A stretch of DNA of 64,000 nt. It comes from an uncultured Micavibrio sp. (GTDB lineage: Bacteria > Pseudomonadota > Alphaproteobacteria > Micavibrionales > UBA2020). The stretch is taken from assembly GCA_964534445.1 (NCBI GenBank), contig CAZHOE010000001.1:38493-102492 (forward strand), in the 5' to 3' direction. A program made the position numbers and the translations under genes. The notes beneath the pieces are model-generated. The model made no database searches and had not been told where the DNA came from. It saw only the letters and a list, made by a program, of their open reading frames with translations. Shown here piece after piece: positions 9,666 to 18,035 of this stretch. How positions within the stretch are numbered: the first letter of the stretch is position 1; each line of letters starts with the position of its first letter.

Positions 9666-11051
9666 TTATTTTTCAATCGGGTAGCCAGCGCTCAGCCAGG
9701 CTTGCCAGCTGCCCGGCACGTTGTAGACATCGAAGCCCATGGAATGCAGGAGGCTCGCCGCGATACTGGCGCGGTAACCGCTATCGCAGTAGACTGCAAA
9801 AGGTTTTTGCTTGCTCAAGTCCTCAGCCTTCTCGGGAATCTCGGGCAAGAAGATATGTTGCGCGCCCGGAATATGTCCTTTCTTCCATTCGTCAGGGGAG
9901 CGTACATCGAGAATTTGAATATTCTCCGCGTCCTCCTGAATTTCATGGACGGTTACTTGAGGGATTTCTTCCAGACGAAGGCCTGCGTTATTCCACGCTT
10001 TCATGCCGCCCACAAGATAGCCGGCGAATTTGGTGTATCCCGTGCGCACGAAGAGCGGCACTATTTTTCCCAGATCTTCATCGTGTTCGAGCACGAGGAG
10101 CAAGGGCTGATCCGGATCAAGTATCCATCCGGCCCAGAGCGAGAGTTCGGGAAGCCCGCCGATATTGAGGGCCTCTTCGATATGGCCGCCGCCAAAGGCA
10201 AGCATGGAGCGTGTATCGATAACCTTGGTATTTTGCTTCATCGCTTTATGGAAGGTCTCAGGGGGCAGGCCGGGCACGATGGGCAAGTTGCCCAATACCT
10301 CCGGCCCTTGCGCGTTCATGCGCTTCATTCTCTTGTAGTAAGTGGGCTCCGGCGGCGCAGAAGATAAGACATACTCCTTGAAGGCGCTCTTGTCGGGATA
10401 CTGGAGGAACGGGTTGAACTGTTGCTCGTATCCGATCGTGCTGGTGAGGCGATCGCCGATATCGGCTCCGCAAGGCGAACCCTTACCGTGAGCCGGATAG
10501 ATAACTGTCCCGGCTTCGAGGTTGAGGTAAAACATATAAAGAGTTTGGAATAGCTCCTCTGCCAGATGCTCCGTCTGATCTTCGCCCATGAGGTCCGGGC
10601 GGCCTGCCGAATTAACAAAAAGAGAATCTCCCGTGAAGACGCCCCAAGGCGTGCGCGCATGTTTCTTGTCGGCGGCGATGAAAGACATGTGTTCCGGCGT
10701 ATGGCCAGGTGTGTGGCGGGCAGTCAACAGAAGCTCGCCGAACTCGAAGGGCGCGCCATCACGGATACCTTCATGTGCGAATCCGTATTCCGCACCACCT
10801 TCTGTGCTGAGAAATATTTTGGCTGTTTCCACACGCGCCGACAACTCCCGTGCCCCGCTGACAAGGTCTGCGTGGATATGTGTCTCGAAGATGTGCGTGA
10901 TGGCGAGTTTCTTCCTCTGGGCAAGGTCGATGTAAACTTCCACATCGGCTCTGGGATCAATGACCGCCGCTGTTCCGGTCTTGTCGTCGCCAAGGAGATA
11001 GGACAATGCCGCGATGCCCCCCGTTTGGATCGTTTCGAGAATCATCGCCAT
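9666..11051 (-). CDS. MBL-fold persulfide dioxygenase fused to rhodanese (Blh/CstB-like)
   Basis: Metal-binding motifs ETHIHADLVSG and HTPGHTPEH. C-terminal rhodanese domain with active-site loop CDSGYRAS. Confidence 0.85.
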   Translation of the reverse strand: MAMILETIQTGGIAALSYLLGDDKTGTAAVIDPRADVEVYIDLAQRKKLAITHIFETHIHADLVSGARELSARVETAKIFLSTEGGAEYGFAHEGIRDGAPFEFGELLLTARHTPGHTPEHMSFIAADKKHARTPWGVFTGDSLFVNSAGRPDLMGEDQTEHLAEELFQTLYMFYLNLEAGTVIYPAHGKGSPCGADIGDRLTSTIGYEQQFNPFLQYPDKSAFKEYVLSSAPPEPTYYKRMKRMNAQGPEVLGNLPIVPGLPPETFHKAMKQNTKVIDTRSMLAFGGGHIEEALNIGGLPELSLWAGWILDPDQPLLLVLEHDEDLGKIVPLFVRTGYTKFAGYLVGGMKAWNNAGLRLEEIPQVTVHEIQEDAENIQILDVRSPDEWKKGHIPGAQHIFLPEIPEKAEDLSKQKPFAVYCDSGYRASIAASLLHSMGFDVYNVPGSWQAWLSAGYPIEK

Positions 11052-11106
11052 GGTGGATTGCCTTTCAGATGTGTGTCTTAAAGCTTAACGCCGTCTGCCA
11101 AAAAGG

Positions 11107-11135
11107 GTTCCGCAAGGCGGGGCAGTGTGCGGAAC
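11107..11135. promoter_or_regulatory. inverted repeat GTTCCGCA-N13-TGCGGAAC upstream of the sulfur operon
   Basis: Perfect 8-bp arms, 56-84 nt upstream of the start at 11051. Confidence 0.3.
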
Positions 11136-11314
11136 GGTTATAATTAAGAAAACACTATTGAAGAGCTGCTAAGTCGAGGTAGACGGCCCACAGCACATAC
11201 TATTGGTACGTGGATAGCTCGATCTGAACCCCGTATTTATCTTTTCCTTATAGGTTTAGAGATTTTTCGTATCGCTTCTTAGTGCCGCGCGCCCCACACT
11301 ATTATTCTTTATAA

Positions 11315-11352
11315 CCCTATTTAAGGAGGCACACCCTATTTAAGGAGGCACA
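11315..11352 (+). repeat. perfect 19-bp tandem duplication (CCCTATTTAAGGAGGCACA x2)
   Basis: Copies at 11315-11333 and 11334-11352 are identical, and each carries AAGGAGG. Confidence 0.95.
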
Positions 11353-11355
11353 GTC

Positions 11356-11535
11356 GTGCAAGGCAAGATTGTAGCTTATAGCAAAGCGGTAAATGCTGGA
11401 TTAATATTAGGTACGGATAGAAAACAATACCTCTTCGCACGCAGCGAATGGAGGGGGGAAGCACTCCCCCAGAACAATGGAATGGTTAGTTTCATTGGCG
11501 AAACAGGCCGTGCGCAACAAGTCAGTAACGATTAA
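11356..11535 (+). CDS. small 59-aa protein (below the ORF-track cutoff)
   Basis: GTG start 7 nt after AAGGAGG. Translation: VQGKIVAYSKAVNAGLILGTDRKQYLFARSEWRGEALPQNNGMVSFIGETGRAQQVSND, then TAA. Confidence 0.45.
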   Translation: MQGKIVAYSKAVNAGLILGTDRKQYLFARSEWRGEALPQNNGMVSFIGETGRAQQVSND

Positions 11536-11838
11536 TTTTTTGTCCTTCCGGCAAGCGTCTCCATCACAGCGAATACCTCTTGAACACCACTTCTCAACAC
11601 CGTTTGGCTCAGACCTGCGGCTTATGGAAGGGGGATCGTGTACTGCATGAGTAGTTTGCAATCTTTTTGCTGAGAAGCTTGATTTGGCCGCTTTCGCCTA
11701 ACTCTTTATATAAAAAATATATGTCAGAAAATTTGATGTATCTACTTATTACACGACATTGACTACTTCTGAACACATCAGCTTTCTCTTTTAACAATCA
11801 ACCGCCCCGCAGATTCTGGGGTAGCATAGGAAATTATC

Positions 11839-12195
11839 ATGATGAACAAAACATTGATCTCTACTTCAACGCTTAGCGGTGAAGATGTAAAAAATGCGCA
11901 AGGTGAAAGCCTTGGTCATGTGAAAGACATCATGCTGGACACGGAAAACAATCGTGTAGCGTATTATGTTTTGTCTTTTGGCGGCTTGCTCGGTATGGGC
12001 GATAAATTGTTTGCCCTCCCGCCAGAAGCTCTGAAGCTGAACACCGCGGATGAATGCTTTGTCCTGAATATCGACAAAGACCGCCTGAAAAATGCACAGG
12101 GTTTTGATAAAGACCAGTGGCCGAATATGGCGGATCCGACTTTCCGTACCAATCTTTACCAGCAATACGGCCTTACAGATCGTTTCGCCGCATAA
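11839..12195 (+). CDS. PRC-barrel domain protein
   Basis: GEDVKNAQGESLGHVKDIMLDTENNRVAYYVLSFGGLLGMGDKLFALP. Confidence 0.85.
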   Translation: MMNKTLISTSTLSGEDVKNAQGESLGHVKDIMLDTENNRVAYYVLSFGGLLGMGDKLFALPPEALKLNTADECFVLNIDKDRLKNAQGFDKDQWPNMADPTFRTNLYQQYGLTDRFAA

Positions 12196-12300
12196 TTCTC
12201 GCCTCATCGCTCTCCTTCATTGCATATGAAGGGGAGCGTGCGTGCGAGGCGTATGAAAGCTCTTTGCTACAATATAGCGACAACAAGAAAGGTTTCATTT

Positions 12301-12378
12301 ATGGGACGCGGAATTCTTCTTTGGCTGATCGGTGTGCCTATACCCATCATTCTTCTACTCGCCCTGTTTGTTAGTTAA
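12301..12378 (+). CDS. 25-aa single-TM peptide
   Basis: MGRGILLWLIGVPIPIILLLALFVS. A purine-rich stretch lies ~10 nt upstream. It sits directly ahead of the next membrane-protein gene. Confidence 0.4.
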   Translation: MGRGILLWLIGVPIPIILLLALFVS

Positions 12379-12401
12379 GTCACACATCGAAAGGAAATAA
12401 C

Positions 12402-13268
12402 ATGGAACCGACACTCGCTGAGAATAACAGGCCACCCTACGATACCCCGGCCTCTTCCGTCGCTTGGTCAGCCATTATTGCCGGTGCTTTTACGGCTGCC
12501 GCAGTGTCGCTTATCCTTTTATTGTTGGGTTCCGGTCTCGGACTTGCATCTGTATCCCCTTGGGAAAACGCTGGTATAACAATCACAACCTTCACCTTGA
12601 CCACGGCGGCATGGCTCATCGCTATGCAGTTGATCTCTGCGGGTCTCGGCGGGTATCTGACCGGACGACTGCGCAGAAAATGGGTGGGCATGCACACGGA
12701 TGAAGTATTCTTCCGTGATACAGCACATGGTTTCCTTGCCTGGGCTTTGGCCACCATCATTACAGCAACACTTCTGGCCTCTGCCGCTGCCTCTGTCATA
12801 GGCGGGAGTGCCAAGGCTGTAACAACGATCGCGGTTGGTGCGGCAGCCGGCACGGGTTATAGTGCCGCCGAGAATGCCGACGATGCATCGTATGACCCAG
12901 TGGCCTATTTTGTCGATCGTCTCTATCGCTCGGGCTTTGCCAGTCAAGACCCCACGGACGTCCGGGGAGAAACGATGCGCATCCTGATCAATGGTGCAAA
13001 AAATGATGCTATACCAGATGCGGATAAGGACTATCTCGCAAAGTTGGTCGCTGCAAAAACAGGATTTTCCGCCCCGGAAGCCGATGAACGTGTGGATAAC
13101 GTACTGAAGCAAATTGAAGCTGCAAAAATGACCCTTAAAGAAGAGGCGGACAAGGCGCGAAAGGTCACGGCAAGCGTTTCAATATTTACCTTCCTTTCCT
13201 TATTGATTGGTGCCTTTATTGCTTCTGCTGCGGCAGCTTTGGGCGGCAGACATCGGGATACGTATTGA
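12402..13268 (+). CDS. conserved hypothetical membrane protein (288 aa)
   Basis: Several Ala/Gly-rich TM helices at both ends flank a soluble central region. RBS GAAAGGAAA. Confidence 0.7.
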   Translation: MEPTLAENNRPPYDTPASSVAWSAIIAGAFTAAAVSLILLLLGSGLGLASVSPWENAGITITTFTLTTAAWLIAMQLISAGLGGYLTGRLRRKWVGMHTDEVFFRDTAHGFLAWALATIITATLLASAAASVIGGSAKAVTTIAVGAAAGTGYSAAENADDASYDPVAYFVDRLYRSGFASQDPTDVRGETMRILINGAKNDAIPDADKDYLAKLVAAKTGFSAPEADERVDNVLKQIEAAKMTLKEEADKARKVTASVSIFTFLSLLIGAFIASAAAALGGRHRDTY

Positions 13269-13269
13269 T

Positions 13270-13626
13270 ATGTATTTTAGATTATTCAATATCATGACGC
13301 GGCAGTATCTTTCCTCCATGCAAATGATGATGGCGGCGGCCGAAACGATCGGCCATCGCTCTTTGCTGCACAATCAGGGAAGCGCCGGACAGATACCTTA
13401 TCCCTACTTGGAAATGTCCAACATGTTTCTCGAAAAAGCACAAAATGTCTGGTTAACAGGAATGACGGCAATGCTGGAGGCTCAGAAAATGGCTACGAAG
13501 AATATGCTCGGTTCTGCACCCGTTATGCCATCTCTTTTAAGCACCCTCAATAGCTGGGAGCGGATAGCCGCGCCGACACGCAAAAAAGTGCTCGCCAATG
13601 CACGCCGTTTGAAAAAGAAAAAATAG
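13270..13626 (+). CDS. hypothetical helical protein with basic tail (start uncertain: 13207, 13270 or 13294)
   Basis: The ORF ends ..RKKVLANARRLKKKK. The ATG at 13270 follows the upstream TGA by one base. Confidence 0.5.
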   Translation: MYFRLFNIMTRQYLSSMQMMMAAAETIGHRSLLHNQGSAGQIPYPYLEMSNMFLEKAQNVWLTGMTAMLEAQKMATKNMLGSAPVMPSLLSTLNSWERIAAPTRKKVLANARRLKKKK

Positions 13627-13803
13627 CCCTTGTCCAAAACCACTTTTTTATTCTGGCAAGAAGATGCCGATATCAAAACACTTACGCAAAAGATATAAAA
13701 TAGAAGTTTCCCCTGATCGCTTTATAACTTGGTGAAAACTACTTTTTTAGAGGTGCGGAGAACTTTTCTACAAATATTTTAAACCTTTCTAAGGAGATAC
13801 TCC

Positions 13804-14304
13804 ATGACAACCAAAACCCTCGAAAACCTCTTCCATGATACGCTTAAAGATGTTTATTACGCCGAAAAGAAAATTCTCAAATCTTTGCCCAAAATGGCCA
13901 AAGCGGCGCAATCGGCAGAGCTGAAGGCAGCGTTTGAAAAGCACGAAACGGAAACCGAAGAGCAAATTGAGCGCCTGGAGGAAGTTTTTGAAATTCTGGG
14001 CAAACGCGCCCAAGGCAAGACCTGCCCGGCCATTGACGGCATTCTTGAGGAAGGTCAGGAAATCATGGAGGACTATAAAGGCACGCAAGCGCTGGATGCC
14101 GGTCTTCTGGCGGCGGCTCAAGCTGTCGAGCATTACGAAATCTCGCGCTATGGTTCGCTAAAACATTGGGCGGATCTCCTTGATATGGATGAAGTCGTCA
14201 AACTGCTGGATGAAACGCTGAAGCAGGAAGTTAAAACGGATGCAGCTCTCACAAAGCTTGCCGATAAAAGTATCAATGATAAAGCAATGAAGACGGCGGC
14301 TTAA
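13804..14304 (+). CDS. ferritin-like DUF892 (YciE/YciF family) protein
   Basis: RBS AAGGAG. LFHDTLKDVYYAEKKILKSLPKMAKAA..ELKAAFEKHETETEEQIERLE. Confidence 0.85.
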   Translation: MTTKTLENLFHDTLKDVYYAEKKILKSLPKMAKAAQSAELKAAFEKHETETEEQIERLEEVFEILGKRAQGKTCPAIDGILEEGQEIMEDYKGTQALDAGLLAAAQAVEHYEISRYGSLKHWADLLDMDEVVKLLDETLKQEVKTDAALTKLADKSINDKAMKTAA

Positions 14305-14547
14305 TCACCAGTCCCGCGCCGTTTACGGAAGCCGGAATGCAGAAACCTGTGTTTACGCAGGTGGTCTGCGTATGCGCCGGGCTTCAAAACCCGATCTATA
14401 CACGGCTGGCATCAGCCGTAATAGGTCTTCCCATCAACCTCTGCGACGAATGTTAGAATGGGATGTTTCATATCATATCTCCTTTTCTGTTCTGGTGTTT
14501 ATGGTAGAGGCACATTGGGATGGTTTCGATATTTATTGTATTCCCCT

Positions 14548-15294
14548 TTAAAACATGGTGCGTAAGCCAATCGTGCCGACCAGGGCATCGTTGTCTTCGC
14601 CGTTATTCTTTGCGATGGAAGATGTTTCACCGAATTTGCGCTCATACTTGATGTCCAGATAGGGGGCAAATTTTCGTGTGAACTCATACCGGGTTTGTAT
14701 GCCGATTTCAGCGCTGGCAATGCCTGCGCCGATTCCCAACTCTGCTACATCCTGTGCGAAGAGGTTTGCCTCTAGATAGGGCTGCGTAATCAGCCGCTGG
14801 GTGATTAGAAGGTCGTTTTCCTGCCGTAAACGCAAGCTGACATCGCCATCTTCGCTGAAGAAAAGATGTGCTTCCGTTTCAAAGAAATAGGGTGCTAATC
14901 CTTCAAAGCCGATGGCCAGATACGCTGTTGATTGCGGCTGCACGTCATAGCGTATGCCGGCCTGAATATCCCAGAAAGTGGCGATATTTCGGCTGTAAAG
15001 CGCCCATAGTTCGGCTTGCTCTGTTGTGCTGTCGGTACGTTCTCCTTCGCTTTTCAGCCAGAGCTTGTTTTCATCGGTGCCAATCCAACCGTCAAAATCC
15101 CAGTCGACTGTCTCAGCGCCATCCGAGGTGGTGCCAGCGCCTGCTTCAAGGCGGAACGCGTGAAAAATCTGCCCGCCATGTTCTTGCGCGTGGTCATTTC
15201 TCTCTTCTGCCGAAGCCGTCCCGGGTAGCACGAAGATACAGGAAATGAGGGCGGCTATTGTATAATGTTTAATGCGCATGATGTTGCTCCCCAT
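14548..15294 (-). CDS. copB: copper resistance outer-membrane protein CopB/PcoB
   Basis: Signal peptide, WDFDGWIGTDENKLWLKSEGER block and beta-barrel C-terminus ..GLRTMF. The start overlaps the multicopper oxidase stop. Confidence 0.85.
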   Translation of the reverse strand: MGSNIMRIKHYTIAALISCIFVLPGTASAEERNDHAQEHGGQIFHAFRLEAGAGTTSDGAETVDWDFDGWIGTDENKLWLKSEGERTDSTTEQAELWALYSRNIATFWDIQAGIRYDVQPQSTAYLAIGFEGLAPYFFETEAHLFFSEDGDVSLRLRQENDLLITQRLITQPYLEANLFAQDVAELGIGAGIASAEIGIQTRYEFTRKFAPYLDIKYERKFGETSSIAKNNGEDNDALVGTIGLRTMF

Positions 15295-17041
15295 GTGTAT
15301 TTGTATCGGTCTTGGTGGAGGGATCTGCCATATCCGTTTTCATGCTACCCATATCATGGCCGCTGTGGTCTATCGCAGGCATTTCTTGGATTGTCTTTTT
15401 AGCCTTGGGCTTTGCTGGAGCGGGTACTTTATCTGGATCCAGCTTTGCAACAACAACCTTATTCATCATGCCGGACATCATGTGATACAGCAGGTGGCAA
15501 TGAAATGCCCATTCTCCGGCTGCATCCGCTGTTAGTAGGACGGAGTAGGTGTCGCCCGGCGCAACAATGACGGTATGTTTGTTGGGCAGTTTTTGCATGG
15601 GCTGCCCGTTTTCCAGCTGTACAAACATACCATGCAGGTGCATGGGGTGAGCCATCATCGTATCGTTGATAAACCTCAACCGCACACGTTCGCCGTAATT
15701 GAGGTTAATGGGCCCCGCATCAGAGTATTTCTTTCCGTTGAGGGTCCAGATGTAATGCTCCATGTTACCGCCTAGACGGATTTCGATTTCACGTTCTGGT
15801 TGGCGTGTATCTTTCTGGATGCCAAGGTAGCGCAGGTCTTTGTACTCCAAAGCCCTTGCACCCTTGGGAACGCCTGCTTTCGCCCAGCCGCTACCGGCCA
15901 CGCCTGTTTTGAAATCATTGGCGGTAGGTTTAGGCATGGCGTGTTCCATTTTGCTATGCTCCATGCCTGCCATGTCGTGGTTCATTCCCATATCAGCCAT
16001 TGTCAGGAGGGCCCGTGGTCGTTGTATGGGCTTAGTGCCGCGCATGCCTTCACGCGCGGCAAGGGTGGCAAGGCCAAAGCCCGTGCGGTCAATCGGTTCA
16101 GCCACAATGGTGTAGGCTATGTCTTCCGTCGGTGTAACGATAACGTCATAGGTTTCGGCAACGCCAAAGCGGAATTCATCGATTTTAACGGGTTCGACGT
16201 TTTGTCCATCCGCGGCTACGACAGACATTTTAAGTCCTGGTATGCGTACATCGTAAATAGACATGGCGGAGGCGTTGATAAAACGCAGTCGTACACGCTC
16301 GCCAGGTTTAAAGATACCTGTCCAGTTCTGTGCGGGCGTCTTGCCGTTGATAAGAAATGTATATCCGGTTACATCAGACAGGTCTGTTGGCAGCATACGC
16401 ATTTGTCCCCACATCTTGGCGTTTTTCCAAGCCTTGGAAAACCCATCGGCTTTAACGTCGGCCATAAAGTCTCCTACTGTGCGGCGGGCGTATTGGTAAT
16501 ACTCTGAAGACATTTTCAGGTTAGCCAGAATGCTGTCTGATTCTTCATCTGTATAGTCAGACAGCAGGACAACATAGTCGCGGTCTGCGCGCACCGGATC
16601 TTTCCCCCTCGGCAGTAGCACCATAGAGCCATAGTGCCCATCTTGCTCCTGCCCTGCACTGTGGGCGTGATACCAATAAGTGCCCGTCTGACGAATTTTA
16701 AAACGATAGGTAAACGTCTTGCCCGGTTTGATACCGTGAAATCCGCCAAGGCCTGGTACGCCATCCATGGCATCTGGCAATAAAATGCCGTGCCAGTGAA
16801 TAGATGTATCCTCCTTCATGTTATTTTTGACATGAATGACCGCATCATCGCCCTCGGTGAAACGCAATGTCGGACCGGGGATTGTACCGTTAACGGTAAT
16901 TTTTTTGATCGTTTTGCCGGTGATATTCACGGGCTGACGTTCAATGGTGAGATGATATTCGGTTGTTTGGGCAAGAGCAGGGCTGGATATGAATATTCCA
17001 AGCAATGCGGCGACCATCCAGAGAGAATGGGTTTTCATCAT
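15269..17041 (-). CDS. pcoA: periplasmic multicopper oxidase CopA/PcoA
   Basis: Copper-site motifs HWHG and HCHLLYHMMSGM. Met/His-rich tract MADMGMNHDMAGMEHSKMEHAM. Signal peptide present. Confidence 0.9.
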   Translation of the reverse strand: MMKTHSLWMVAALLGIFISSPALAQTTEYHLTIERQPVNITGKTIKKITVNGTIPGPTLRFTEGDDAVIHVKNNMKEDTSIHWHGILLPDAMDGVPGLGGFHGIKPGKTFTYRFKIRQTGTYWYHAHSAGQEQDGHYGSMVLLPRGKDPVRADRDYVVLLSDYTDEESDSILANLKMSSEYYQYARRTVGDFMADVKADGFSKAWKNAKMWGQMRMLPTDLSDVTGYTFLINGKTPAQNWTGIFKPGERVRLRFINASAMSIYDVRIPGLKMSVVAADGQNVEPVKIDEFRFGVAETYDVIVTPTEDIAYTIVAEPIDRTGFGLATLAAREGMRGTKPIQRPRALLTMADMGMNHDMAGMEHSKMEHAMPKPTANDFKTGVAGSGWAKAGVPKGARALEYKDLRYLGIQKDTRQPEREIEIRLGGNMEHYIWTLNGKKYSDAGPINLNYGERVRLRFINDTMMAHPMHLHGMFVQLENGQPMQKLPNKHTVIVAPGDTYSVLLTADAAGEWAFHCHLLYHMMSGMMNKVVVAKLDPDKVPAPAKPKAKKTIQEMPAIDHSGHDMGSMKTDMADPSTKTDTNTHGEQHHAH

Positions 17042-17121
17042 TAAATCCTTTTTTGTAACTATCGCGTCATTATGTGCAGGCCAACGTTTATCGTGGCACG
17101 AGCGTTCATCATAAAAAGGAT

Positions 17122-17511
17122 TTAAGCGCGCGGGGGGCGTTTTATGTGGTACTGGAGCTTGGATAAAAAGCGGTTATCGCTCATCTCGGGTTTATAGACG
17201 GCCACGGCCCGATAAGGTAAATCAAGTGGGGCAGTGCCGAGTACTTTGAAAATTCCATTGCACATACCTGTAAAGCACTGACAGTCGTTGTCACAGCATT
17301 TGTTTTGCGTGGATTTGTTGTCTTGTGCCTGATCCGCAGGCTTTTGTGCTTTTCCCGCATGGGATGAAGCATGGCAATCCGGTATTGCGGTCTGTGCCTG
17401 CAGATCCGTCGATACGGCGGGTGGTGACGGCATCATACTATGCGATACAGTCGGCATCGTCATCATGACGAAAGCCAGTATCACACAAAAGTTGATCCAT
17501 TTACGCGTCAT
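17122..17511 (-). CDS. small secreted Cys/His-rich protein, putative copper-binding accessory
   Basis: Signal peptide, then DCHASSHAG and CCDNDCQCFTGMC clusters. First gene of the cop operon on the minus strand. Confidence 0.6.
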   Translation of the reverse strand: MTRKWINFCVILAFVMMTMPTVSHSMMPSPPAVSTDLQAQTAIPDCHASSHAGKAQKPADQAQDNKSTQNKCCDNDCQCFTGMCNGIFKVLGTAPLDLPYRAVAVYKPEMSDNRFLSKLQYHIKRPPRA

Positions 17512-17615
17512 TATCTTTCCATCCTAAATCGGAATCTCTCTTCGTTACGAAGCAAACTGCGGCTTGGAACTGTCCACCTTATCCTTCTGTTGGTTGTTTG
17601 CAGCAGAAGAAGATC

Positions 17616-17646
17616 TTGACAGCTATACCCCCCTAGAGTATATAAT
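17616..17646 (+). promoter_or_regulatory. sigma70-like promoter of csoR-copA
   Basis: TTGACA at 17616-17621, a 17-nt spacer, then TATATA/TATAAT at 17639-17646. Confidence 0.45.
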
Positions 17647-17661
17647 ACCCCTATAGGGTAT
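17625..17661. promoter_or_regulatory. two CsoR-type operator palindromes
   Basis: ATACCCCCCTAGAGTAT (17625-17641) and ATACCC-CTATA-GGGTAT (17645-17661, perfect 6-bp arms). The centres are 20 bp apart and overlap the -10 region. Confidence 0.55.
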
Positions 17662-17683
17662 ATTTGTCAAGGAGGCTTCGAGC

Positions 17684-17992
17684 TTGGAAAATTGTCATCA
17701 TTGCACAGAAGATGCACCAAAACATGCAGATGTGCAGCCGCTTATCAACCGTATTGGGGGACAAGTGGCCGGAATCGGAAAAATGGTCGAAGAAGGGCGC
17801 TATTGCCCCGATATTCTCAATCAAGTGAAGGCGGCGCGTTCTGCTTTACGCACATTGGAAGCGCGGATTCTGCGTACACACCTTCAGTCATGCGTACGTG
17901 AAGCGTTTAGCCATTCCAATCCAGCTGATCAGGATATGAAGATTGAGGAAATCGTCAAGCTGTTCGGCAAATACGATGAAGCAGACAATTAA
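17684..17992 (+). CDS. csoR: CsoR/RcnR-family copper-sensing repressor
   Basis: ~100-aa helical protein with the Cys..His..Cys pattern (RYCPDILNQVKAARSAL..HLQSCV). TTG start after GGAGG. Confidence 0.85.
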   Translation: MENCHHCTEDAPKHADVQPLINRIGGQVAGIGKMVEEGRYCPDILNQVKAARSALRTLEARILRTHLQSCVREAFSHSNPADQDMKIEEIVKLFGKYDEADN

Positions 17993-18035
17993 ATTCATAT
18001 ATTAGAAATAATTTTCAGGTTACGGGAGAATACAC

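Noticed and set aside
9636-10367. Long antisense ORFs inside GC-rich genes. Examples: 9636-10367, 19109-20041, 36287-36937, 48035-48790, 51593-52399, 57416-58015, 58817-60508 and 60828-61586.
   Set aside because: Each lies opposite a gene with clear family motifs. Their translations are Arg/Ala/Gly-rich and low in complexity, with no motifs. These are typical shadow ORFs of GC-rich coding DNA.
11581-11604. TGAAC-N15-CGTT as an EcfG promoter for the PRC-barrel gene.
   Set aside because: It has a mismatch in the -35 element, a 15-nt spacer instead of 16-17, and lies ~235 nt from the start codon. Too weak to call.
14301-14471. A minus-strand 19-codon ORF with a strong AAGGAG RBS (MKHPILTFVAEVDGKTYYG). 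It ends at a TGA, and the frame stays open for 36 more codons (..G-TGA-CQPC..), which raised the idea of a selenocysteine UxxC protein.
   Set aside because: I have no evidence for Sec machinery or a convincing SECIS element. The region is better explained as three consecutive hairpins (ACGCAG/CTGCGT, CGGG/CCCG, ACGGCTG/CAGCCGT) in a convergent intergenic terminator zone. The extended frame also runs into the stop of the neighbouring gene.
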